Below, piece by piece: positions 25,501-37,500 of a DNA stretch of 64,000 bases. Below the pieces are notes generated by a model. That model searched no databases. It was given only the letters and a program-made list of their open reading frames with translations, and was not told the origin of the DNA. The first letter of the stretch is position 1. Each line of letters starts with the position of its first letter. This DNA comes from Narcine bancroftii (taxonomy: Eukaryota), in the NCBI RefSeq assembly GCF_036971445.1, contig NC_091476.1:97960001-98024000 (forward strand), given 5' to 3'. Both the position numbers and the translations under genes were made by a program.

Positions 25501-28500
25501 TTGTTCCAAAACCTTTCCACTTTTTTACAGGACCATATCACGTTTAAAAAAAATCCCTATTTCTTTTGTACATCGAAAACACTTATTGGAAAATTAGAAT
25601 TAAGTCCATTTAATTTTTGTGGAGTATAATATAATTGATGGAGAAAATTAAATTGGACCATTTGGTATCTGGCATTAACTGTATTCCTAACACTTTCTTG
25701 ACACAGTTTTGACCACATTTCCTCTTGAATTTGCATGTTCAAATATTTCTCCCATTGCACTTTTGATCTTTTTTCCTCATAGTTACAAATTTATTTGTAA
25801 TAAATTTCTTGACCAGACCTTAGCTACAAACCCTGTTCTTTCAAATTTTGCTTCATTATTAACCTGACCTATAACTCTGAGGTCCCTTGGGAATACTTAC
25901 TACTGAGAAGTGCATAATATGATTGTAATTTGCTTCTCTGTTAATTATCTAAAATTGCTTTAATTTTCAATATTTTTATTGTTAGATGGACCACGAGACC
26001 CTTTCTTAATGTATAGGTTGAATACCAGAGATAATTATCATCCTATCAATGTTGGCAACATCGCTGTTGCTGCAAATTCGTTCCTTGAACTTGCATGTTG
26101 TGTGAAGAGTAACCCAACCCCCACAATGAATTGGATAAAAGCCCATGAGGATCATAATGTAATGATTTCAACTGAAGTTGGATCAAACAGTTCAAAAGTA
26201 TGGATACAATTCCAGTCTGAAGATGAAGGAACCTATTGGTGCATGGCTAACAACACCCATGGCTGGGGAAACATAAGTATTTCCATAAAAATAAAACAGG
26301 CAGGTAAATATAAATGTAATTTTGCATGTATGTAGATTGCAATATTTATTTGGGGATTGTTACTCTAAGGCAATGAGAGCAGAAATTAATTAGTTTAGCA
26401 TCTTATTTCTTGGTTTCAGTGGTTGAAGGATTACCGTATTTGTTTATACATTAAAATGCACATATAGTAAAGATCATTTGGTGCCATAAATGTCAAGTGT
26501 TTTGCTGTTACACAGAGATTGCAGGGTGAAGGAAGTCTATAGAGTTCTGCTATTTTACTTAGTAACACCTGTGTGTATCCTTTGGAATTGAAGGAAATAC
26601 CAACTCTGCTGTCAAATAAAATAAAGTGATTTTAAAAATTAAAAAAAAATCCTCAGAATTATCTCCAAATATTTCATTAAGGAAATATTTTGATATTTTA
26701 AATTTTGATTTCATTATTTATTGTCTCTTTCACAGATTATTATTTTCTTTATGCTCTGGTCCCCTCAATTGCTGTCATCATCGCGGTAATAATATGTTTT
26801 TGCTTGATCTGCAAGAGGCAATGGAAAGGTAAAACTTAAAATAAATCATTGGTCGTAGGTGTTAACCTTTACCACTGAATCAATAACAAGGTGATAAATT
26901 ATGTGGTTTTCAATGTACAGTGTGATCATATAATTATCTTCAACATAGAGCATATTGGTTTAGTTTAGTGTTACAGAACTTTAACAGCCCCTTCCAGCCC
27001 ACAAGCCAGTGACACTCAAAATATTTAGTTTTTGAAGGGTTGAAGGAAGCCAGAGCATCTGGCGAAAACCTACACAAGTCGCAAGGAAATCATACAAATT
27101 CCTTACAGACGGTTCCAGATTCGAGCTGGTGTTGCTGGCACTTTAATAGTATTGAGCTAACTGCTATACAAACTGCGCTGCCCTGATTTTGATCCATTTT
27201 CATTGCCAAACCTCTGTTTGAGAAATCAATTATTTATTTTAAGTTAGAGGACCATAGAATATCTGGTTTAACATTCAACGTTTTATTGCTTGTGCTGTAC
27301 ATGTCATTGGAACCTCTGATACAAAATTTCTTCCATCGTATCGCATTCAAAGAGTAAATGTACAATCGAGCAGTATTTGAAGCTCTTGTGCTCTACATGC
27401 AAGCTTGTTCTTGTCAAGGAACAATGGAAATAAAATGTGCACAGTAGAAAAGCAGCCTTCATGTATTCAATCAGATTTGTGCTCATTTCTATTGAACTGT
27501 AACAAGAACCTATAGAAAATAAAAAAAGAACTTTGCAAAGATTGGAAACATGCTTTGTTCTTGCATGTCTAATGCCTGCCATGGTTTGCAGACACAGTTC
27601 TTTTTACCAATGTGGTTAACTGCAGCTCTTGTAAGTGAGAGCATTGTGTGTGGAACACAATGGGATGCACCTTGAGCAGAGGCTTTAATGACTGCTAAAA
27701 ATAATTTGGAGAGCATCATCGATCAATTATCAAACCGTCAACTTTAAATTTTAATCAATTTTATTTTGTCTACAAATAAACATCATTAAAATTTCACCAA
27801 ACTTGCAAATGTGAAAATTAGAAAACTGGTGTTAAATTTGTGATTAGAGAAATCCATTACATGCTATTTTTAAATAAATTAGGTTCAGTGAATTTTTTTC
27901 ATTCCTAAAAAAATATACGTGCCTCTCTGTATATGAATGTGGCTCCCTAGCCTTGATCAGTAATGTGTAAGAAATCCTTTTGTGATTTAAAAAAATGGTT
28001 TAAAACTAATCTAACAATAATAATTAAGACTTTTTAACTGTGTAACAATGAGGATACCACTTTTCCTAATCTTTGCAAAGATCTCTTTCAATTAGTTCTT
28101 GTTAGTCCTTTACAAGAGCTGACAAATAGGATTGAATATATGAAAGGTACCCATCCTGTGCACTGTTTGAAAACAAGATCAATATACGAATGCACAGCCA
28201 TGATTTTTCAAATTGTTAACTAATGCAAATGGTCAATTTATAATCGTAGCAATTGCAGCCAATAATTATGAAGATATGAATAATTTCCCACTTGTCAATG
28301 TTGAATTGAATAAATCCACCATGTCAATAAATAAAAGTTTCTGGTGGATTGCCAAGAGTCAGTCCATCCCTCCTCTTTCAAAACCTTGACATAAATAAAG
28401 ACCCTTTTGGACAGTGGATGATTTTTGTAGAAATGTGGAATGTAAATGTTTACAAATTGTTTGAGCATGACAACTTTCGCAGATAAAAGTCAGTTACTTC

Positions 28501-31500
28501 TCTCCACGATTTATTGTGTGAATCCAACCAGGATCTATTCTTGGAAAATAATTAGAAATAGTCCCAGACAGCTTTTACCCTCTATTTCAATTGAATTATG
28601 ACTTGGTAAAGCCATATTTATTTAGATCCATTAGCTCAGTAAAGAGGAAAATTTGATTTGAGAGCTTTGCAGTAGATTCAGTTAAATACCATGCCATCTT
28701 AATGAGCCAAACTATTCAAGAGAATAACTGCAAAATAAAACTTTTTGTAAAGATCAAAAGAAACATAGAGACATGTCATGAAGAAAACATTAAAAAATAT
28801 TCATCTGAACTGTATTATGAACAAATTATCATTGAAATTCTTTCAAACTGTAAATTCTTGCCTGCATCATTCCAAGGCATGCTGCCTCTTAACTGAAGGA
28901 ACAGGTTTCATAGATCTACCATTCCACCTGTACCTACCTATAACCTCTTTTCTGTTAGCTTGTGCTAACCCTTGTGACATTTTTACTCAGGTGTCTGTTT
29001 GATTTTTTGAAACTCTTGATGAAGGGTTCAAGTCCTGAAATGTCATCGGCCTGTTCCTTCCTATGGATGTTGTTTGACCTGCTGAGTTTCTCCAGCACTT
29101 TTATATACTGTCAGGAGATCTTAATGATCTTTAATCAAAATGCTCCATATTTACCACTTACAAGCATGAACTCTGCGTATTAATTTGTATTAATATGTTT
29201 CCCCCATAATGAGATTGATCGATTCTTGTTTAGCCAGGGGATCAAATGTTATGTGAAAAAGGCAAGGTCTAAGTGGGAAAATGGATCAGCTCATGGTTAA
29301 ATGTCAGAGCAGACTCAATGGGCTGAATAGCCTATTTCTGCTCCTTTTCCTCTTGGCCTTATGGTCTTTTTTCTTGTTATTGAAATAATGAAATTTCTGA
29401 GGAGGTGTCAGAAATGCAGTCTTTAAATTCTGAGGCTGGACCTCCGTGCCCACAGATTTTCATGTAAATTGAGAAGTCCCACTTTACACACAAAGGACAT
29501 TGTTTATAAAAATTGCTAAAGTTACCTTCCACTATGCTATTATGATAAAGCAAGCTTGACTATATATAGCTAGTTAATACTATCATGTGGCAAGAATGAA
29601 AAGAAATTGTTAGAGAAATTGTACTAAACCTTTTTTGCCATTTCTGTAAATACCCTTAGTAATCTTAAAACAACATTTATTGCTCATGACCAATAATATG
29701 CAAACTACATCCTTGGAGAAAATGACATGAAAATTTAACAGAATGGCAGCGGACTCCTAGGTTAAACTTATGCAAAGAGGTTAAACAAACTAGTATTAAT
29801 TCATTCAAATTGCAAACGTTTATGGGTTGACTTTGGTTTTGAAGATATTGAGGGGAATTCAAAATAGAGTTTACAAAGAACATTGCAATCGATCAGTGAG
29901 TTGAACAGGAAGTATGTGGTCTTAAATTTTGACACAATGTCATTTGATTTATTAATTGCAATTTGATTTTGTTTTAGAAGTCCCCATATTTGAAGTTTTT
30001 CAACATTGTTTATAAAACTGTTTCAACATAAATTAGCTTTTTGAGAATCCCCGTAATACTTTGAATCTCTCATTATGATGGAATTACCTTCATGTGCATC
30101 ATGTAGGGTTAAGCATCTAAAATAGCACAAGTTACCTCCATTTAAATTTAGCACCATGGCACATTGAGGCAGATGTTGGACAAAAGTGGATCTTATGAAA
30201 TATCTCAAAAAAGTAGAGAGAAATAAGTCTAGCAGAAGTGCTTTCAAAATTCAGGTGACTAAAGTCGAGATTGTCATTGATGGAATAATTAAAATATTCT
30301 GCCCTATTCAGATTTCATGTATGTCAGTGTAAATACATGACATCACATACAACCCTGAGATTCCTTTTTCCCGTGGGCATGGCAGAATTACTTCTCATTG
30401 GTAGTGCAGAAAATAAACTGTTCACAGCATGAACATGTAAACAAATAAAAGAACTGTAAACACATAACGAATGTAAAGAAAATGTGCAATACAGAGAGAA
30501 CAAAAGAAAATCAATAAAGTGCAGAAGTAAGAGTCCTTAATTGAGTCTTTGATTGAGTTTGTTGTTGAGGAGTATGATGGAGGAGGGGGAGCAGCTGTTC
30601 CTGAACCTGGTGTTGCGAGTCTTGTGGCACCTATACCTCTTTCCCGATGGCGCCAACAAGAACAGAGCGTGTGTTGGGTGGTGTAGGTCTTTGATGATTG
30701 CTGTTGTCCTCTGACAGCAGTGTTTCCTGTGGATATACTCAAAAGTAGGGAGGATTTTGCCTTTAATGTTCAGGGTTGTGTCCACTACCTTTTGGGGGGG
30801 CTTTATGCTCAGGGGTATTGATGTTCCCGTACCTGTCCTTGATGCAGGCGGTCAGCACACTTTCCACCACATATCTGTAGAAATTTGCCAGGGTTTTTGG
30901 TGTCGTACCAAACCTCCACAAACTCCTGAGGAAGTAAAGGCGCTGATGTGCTTTCTTCATGATGCCATTGGTGTGTTGGGTCCAGTAAAAATCTTCTGAG
31001 ATAGTGACTCCCAAGAACCTAAATGGGCTCACCCTGTCCCCCTCTGATCCCCCAATGATCACTGGATTTTATACTTTTGGCTTTCCTTTCCTGAAGTTAA
31101 CAATCAGCTCCTTAGTTTTGGTGACATTGAATGCAATGTTGTTGTTGGTGCATTTTTCAGTCAAGTTTTCAATCTCCCTCCTGTATGCTAACTCATTCCC
31201 TTCCTTTATACAACTCACTACCGTGGTGTGATCGGCAAATTTGTAGATGTACCGAGCCACGCAGAGTAGGTGTAAAGTGAGTACAGAGCAGTGGGCTAAG
31301 AACAAAGCCCTGAGGTGCTCAGGTACTGATGGAGATGGTGGAGGAGCTGTTCTCACCAATCTTCACTGATTGTGGTGTGGAGGTGAGGAAATCCATGATC
31401 CAATTACGCAGTGGGGTGTTAACTCCCGGGTCTTGGAGTTTGATGATCAGTTTTGAGGGGATGAAGGTGTTAAATGTCAAACTGTAGTCGATAAAGTGCA

Positions 31501-34500
31501 TCCTGATGTATGCATCTTTGCTGCTCAGGTGTTCCAGGGCTTTGTGTAGAGCCAGTGAGAAGACATCTGCTGTAAACTTGTGTGATAGTACAGATCTATC
31601 ACCAATGTACATAGTGTATATAGTTACTGTATCTAGACTGTGCTTACAGCGATTGGCTGAGAGCTAAGCCACACCTATTGTTTGGGCCTTAAAGGGTTGT
31701 GTCCCTAGCCAGGTCGGATCATTCCGGACTGGTCGGCCACCTGTGAAGAGCTCCGGTCTTTTGCTAATAAAAGCCTTGGTTTGGATCAACAAGTCTTTGG
31801 TTCTTTCGACGAGCTCTACAATTTTATTAGCAAAAAGAATTTTTTTTGAAAGGGATGGAGCGTTTAACTCGGCCAGAAAAACTTGATATCGACCCACAGT
31901 CAGCTACAGCCTTCAAAGCCTTTAAGTTCTGGCTGCTGAACTTTGAAAACTTCCTGAGATTCATTCAGGTAGAGGAGGATAACCAGCGTCTAACAGCATT
32001 GCTGTCTATGGTGTCCTTGAGAGTCTACGAGAACATCCAGGATGAGACCACTTACACCGCAGCCATAAAGGTACAGAAGGAACTGTATGATCAACCGGTG
32101 AACAGAGTTCATGCCCGGCTCATGCTTGCGTCGAGGAAGCAACAGCCCGGCGAGTCCAGCAGGGCATATTTACAAGTATTAAAGGCATTGGGCAAGGACT
32201 GTAACTGTGTGGACAAAACTGCTGCCGAGATCACTAGCGACCTCGTCCGGGATGCCTATGTGGCCGGGCTCCGGTCGAACGAAGTGAGGCTGCGTTTGCT
32301 CGAGCAAGGGGTAGAAAAACTAGAGGACGTGGCCCGGATTGCAATCACAATGGAGGATGCAGCCTTAAAGTCCACCGAGCTCTCTAGGGACTGGACCCCT
32401 CGTTCTGATGTGAGTAGAGTGCCCTTCTACCCTACCCCTGACGGCCTTTCGGCTGCTGCTACCCTGCCCCGTGCGAACCCGAAATGTTATTTCTGCGGGA
32501 GGGACAAGCACAGCAGATCCCAGTGCCCAGCAAGAAAAGCCAGGTGCCAGAAGTGCCTTAAAAAGGGCCACTTTGCTGCAGTCTGTAGGTCTAAAATGGC
32601 CGCCAGCAAACACAGTGCCTCGTGTGAAGCTCAACCGCCACTATCCCATTCAAACTCTTCTTCCCCAGAGCTCTCGTCCAATGAGAGCGAGGGCTCCCCT
32701 GCACGGCAACGCCTGACGTCACGGAGACGCCGAACCCGGAAGGGGCAACCCACCGTCGCAACCATGGTGATGGCCTGCCTCTCGCCCCCGTGCGGAACAC
32801 TTGACACTACCGCCGCTGCTGCCGCTGCTGCCGCCGCCACAGCCACCCCCGGGGCCGACGCTGCCGCCGCTGCTGCCGCCGCCACGGACACCCCCGGGTC
32901 CGACGCTGCCGCCGCTGCTGCCGCCGCCACAGCCACCCCCGGGGCCGACGCTACCGCCGCTGCTGCCGCCGCCGCCACGGACACCCCCGGGGCCGACGCT
33001 ACAGCCGCTGCTGCCGCCGCCACGGACACCTCCGGGGCCGACGCTACAGCCGCTGCTGCCACGCATCACGGATGTGGTGAACCAGATCGCCCAGTACCGC
33101 ATTTTCTCCACTATTGACCTACGTTCGGCCTACCACCAGCTCCCGATCCGCTGCGAAGACCGACCATTCACGGCCTTTGAAGCGAATGGGCGGCTATATC
33201 AATTTCTCAGGGTACCATTCGGGGTCACAAATGGTGTCGCGGTCTTCCAGCGGGAAATGGACAGGATGGTGGACCAGAACGGGCTAACCGCTACCTTCCC
33301 GTATCTGGACAATATCACCATCTGCCGCCACGACATGCAGGACCATGAACCAACCTAGACAAATTTCTTCAACTGCCCGTCAGCTAAACCTGACTTACAA
33401 TTTGGACAAGTGTGTTTTCCGGACCACACGACTCGCTATTCTAGGTTGTGTGGTGGAAAACGGGATAGTCATGCCAGATCCTGACCGCATGCGTCCCTTA
33501 ATGGACTTACCCCCCCCACATACCCAGAAAGCTCTCAAACGCTGCCTGGGCCTTTTCTCGTATTATGCCCAATGGGTTCCAAACTACGCCGACAAGGCAC
33601 GTCCTCTTATCAAGACCACCTCTTTTCCCCTCTCGACCGAAGCCACAGCGGCTTTCGATCGAATCAAATCTGACATCGCTGCTGCGACGCTGCACGCGAT
33701 CGATGAGTCTGTCCCGTTTCAAGTCGAGAGCGATGCATCCGACTTCGCCCTGGCAGCCACCTTGAACCAGGCCGGTCGGCCTGTAGCCTTCTTCTCCAGA
33801 ACCCTCCAGGGTCCGGAGAGTAGACACTCCTCGATCGAGAAGGAGGCCCAGGCCATAGTTGAAGCGGTACGTCGTTGGAGACATTACCTTGCTGGGAGGC
33901 GCTTTACACTGTTGACTGATCAACGCGCGGTCTCCTTCATGTTCAGCAACACCCAGCGTGGTAAGATAAAAAACGACAAAATTGCCAGATGGAGAATCGA
34001 ACTCTCCACCTTTAACTATGACATCCTGTACCGGCCTGGTAAGCTCAACGACCCGCCTGACGCGCTCTCCAGGGGGACGTGCGCCAGCATACAGATGGAC
34101 AGACTACGGAAACTCCATGAGGCGCTCTGTCATCCAGGGGTCACTAGGTTTGCTCACTTTGTCAAGGCGCGCAACTTACCCTACACAGTTGAGGAGATCC
34201 GCTCCATGACCCGAGCCTGTTCGGTGTGCGCCGAATGCAAGCCCCACTTCTTCCGTCCGGATAACTCCCACATCATCAAAGCCACCCGCCCCTTCGAGCG
34301 TCTTAGCGTAGACTTTAAGGGACCCCTACCGTCGACCAACTGTAATACCTACATCCTTACGGCCATCGACGAATACTCCCGCTTCCCATTCGCTGTGGCC
34401 TGCCCAGACACCACTGCCACCTCAGTGATACAGGCCCTTCACAGTATTTTCACCATCTTCGGGTACCCCAATTCCATCCACAGTGATAGGGGGTCCTCAT

Positions 34501-37500
34501 TCATGAGTGCAGAGCTGCAACAGTACCTTCTGGAGTGTGGTATTGCTTCAAGCAGGACCACGAGCTATAACCCACGCGGTAATGGCCAGGTCGAGAGGGA
34601 GAATGCCACCATATGGAGAGCGGTTACACTGGCTCTCCGGTCTAAAGGTCTCCCCACCTCTCACTGGCAGGAGGTTCTCACTAGTGCCTTACACTCCATC
34701 CGCTCCCTCCTATGTACTGCAACAAATGCCACCCCCCACGAAAGGATGTTCCTTTTCCCGAGGAAATCCGAATCGGGAACCACTGTACCGGCATGGCTCA
34801 CCGTCCCTGGCCCTGTCCTTTTGCGACGCCACGTCCGGCACTCAAAGAACGACCCCTTGGTCGACCGAGTGACTCTACTCCACGCGAACCCACATTACGC
34901 ATACGTGGAGTTCCCAGACGGGCGGGAGGACACTGTTTCGGTGCGGGACCTAGTTCAGGACGCGGTAGACCCAGCAAACCCCCCAACTCCTTATGCTCCA
35001 GGCCCCGTGCCGCAACAGAAGGACCAACAGCACCCCAATGACTCGGGCCACCCTGCCGACAAAACGACTGGGGAATTGAGCGACGGAGCAGTCGCACCCG
35101 ATGAGCCCGCTGGCGACACCACTCCAGCGACCCCAATCCCGGCACCACGGCGGTCACGCCGGATGGTCAGACCCCCTGACCGCTACAGTCCTTGACCTAC
35201 CCCTTCCTTTTCATTCTCTCCCTCGTTTTTGTTTTTTTTTCCAGGGTCAATTCTCCAAGAAGGGGTGAATGTGATAGTACAGATCTATCACCAATGTACA
35301 TAGTGTATATAGTTACTGTATCTAGACTGTGCTTACAGCGATTGGCTGAGAGCTAAGCCACACCTATTGTTTGGGCCTTAAAGGGTTGTGTCCCTAGCCA
35401 GGTCGGATCATTCCGGACTGGTCGGCCACCTGTGAAGAGCTCCGGTCTTTTGCTAATAAAAGCCTTGGTTTGGATCAACAAGTCTTTGGTTCTTTCGACG
35501 AGCTCTACAACTTGTTACTATGATGGGTACCACTCAGTCAGGAGCTGATCTGCTCCATCACCAGCCTTTCAAAACACTTCATCACAGTTGATGTAAGTGC
35601 TACTGTTCGATGGTCATTAAAGCAGATTTCTACACTCTTCTTGGGCACTGGTATGATTGATGCCTATTTGAAACAGGTGTTCAAAGGCCAGAACTGAAGA
35701 GATGTTCAAAGCAAACTTACTTTCAGCACTGTTTAATATTGAAAGAAGCAACATTTTTTAAACATCTATTATCGGTTTCATTAAAGATAATCACAGCTTT
35801 TAAACCTTTGGGTATGATTGAAGCAGTCTGCATCCAAAGTATTTGATGACCATATTCTAATTGGAATACTGAGTCAGAATGTAAAGTGAATTGATAGGTT
35901 GGCTTTTAGCAGAAGTGGAATCTTTCAACAAACAGTTAAGTGCCTTAAGGCAGAGCTAAAATGTGAGTAATAAAGTCTGATTAGTGAAGCAGAAGAAGAG
36001 TTACCCAATCTCAAACTGGTTTAGAAATAGGAGATACCTGTGAATGTCGTTACAATTGCAGCACAGAAGGCATGGCAGCCGTTTTATAATGCAGCAGGGT
36101 CCCACAAAGAGAAATATGATATAAAAACATACAATGCTGGGAAAAGTCTACAGGTTCAGGCAGCATCTTTGAGGAGTGAAAAGGAGTTAACAGCTCAGAA
36201 AGAAGCAATGTGGTAATGGCCATATATATTGTATTTGTTTGTGGTGAATGAAGAACAAATATCGTCGTGACCAAAGCAAAGTCATGGTAAATCCATTTTG
36301 GGGCCAAAAAAAAGTTGAAATGTAAAACTTTGTCTGAAGGATAGCATATCATAAAATTATGCATTTTCTTGATATTGCACTGAAGTGTCAGCCGAGCCTT
36401 TGGGCGTGAAGTTTCTGGGCATCCGTCTGACTCAGTGTGCCCAATCAATCCATGGTGATGGTTTCATTCGAGAAAGCAAAGGACAACCAGTGATAATTGT
36501 CTAATAATTACAATTTATAATGAAGGATTGAAATTTGAGATTGTTGGATTTTAAGTTATGTTTTTTTTCCAGATCCAGTTAATGTAACCACTGAGATGAG
36601 GTAAGAACTCTATTTTACTTTGGCCATTATAATTTTATGCAAATATTTTCATACTGACATTTAACGTGTACATTTTACTAATGTGTTTATAATATGCTGT
36701 ATGTTGAATTATATTTGTTGAATTTGATTAGTATATTTCACATTCCATCTGATCATTCAAATGCTAATTTCTATAATTTTGAGGACCCAAAATTCAACTG
36801 AAGTGCTGTGACTATATATGAAAATGACTGCAAAGAATCCTGAGAATCTTATGAAGATAATCTAGGGTGTCAGCAGTGAAGGAGGTGTTGGCAGTCTTAG
36901 ATGGTGTCAATGTGGATAAATCTCTAGATCCAGGCAGGAACTCCCAGGAAATTGGGGGAAGACAAGAAGGACACTTTTAAAAATATTTTCATAGATTCGC
37001 AAAATTCAAACAAACAGTATAATCTTTCAACATTTGTACAATATACAGAGTCGATGTTTATTTCCCCCTCACCTCCCACCCCAACCCCACCCTCAACCTA
37101 CTGAAAAAACGGTCAATTAAATTGTACAAGTATAAATTCTGTGGGGTCATAGACCCTTACAGAAACCTAGGAAAAAACATCCACAATGGCTAAATAACAA
37201 AGACTAAAAAAAAATTAAAAGGGGAAAAAAAACAAAACTAAACTAAAAAAACCATGTTGTCTGCGCTATCTTCAACTTTCTTGGTCACTTTTGTTTCCCT
37301 GCTAGGACGGATTGCTATCGTACCCCTATTTCAAAGTGGAGGTGGGGGGGCTAATCAATCTGTGTGCCAATATATTTCAAATAAGGTTGCCACACCTTAA
37401 CAAATGTGTCGTGTTTCTTGCTTAGATTGTATGTGATTTTCTCCAGGGGAATGCAATTCTGCATTGCCATATTCCATCATATGGTCTATAGTTGGGAGTC

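Larger units (their letters stand above)
31581..35509 (+). mobile_element. Young non-autonomous Ty3/Gypsy LTR retrotransposon (element G2), same lineage as G1
   Basis: Two 240-bp LTRs (31581-31820, 35270-35509), TG..CA, identical by eye. 5-bp TSD ACTTG. PPT AAGAAGGGGTGAA. Gag plus partial RT-RH-IN; protease absent. Confidence 0.95.
30307..35680 (-). mobile_element. Rex1/Babar-like LINE interrupted by Gypsy element G2
   Basis: [26 protein letters not shown]. The LINE sequence resumes after the TSD at 35515. Confidence 0.85.

Noticed and set aside
32631-33111. Minus-strand Ala-rich and Gly-rich ORFs
   Set aside because: By-products of the GC-rich minisatellite.
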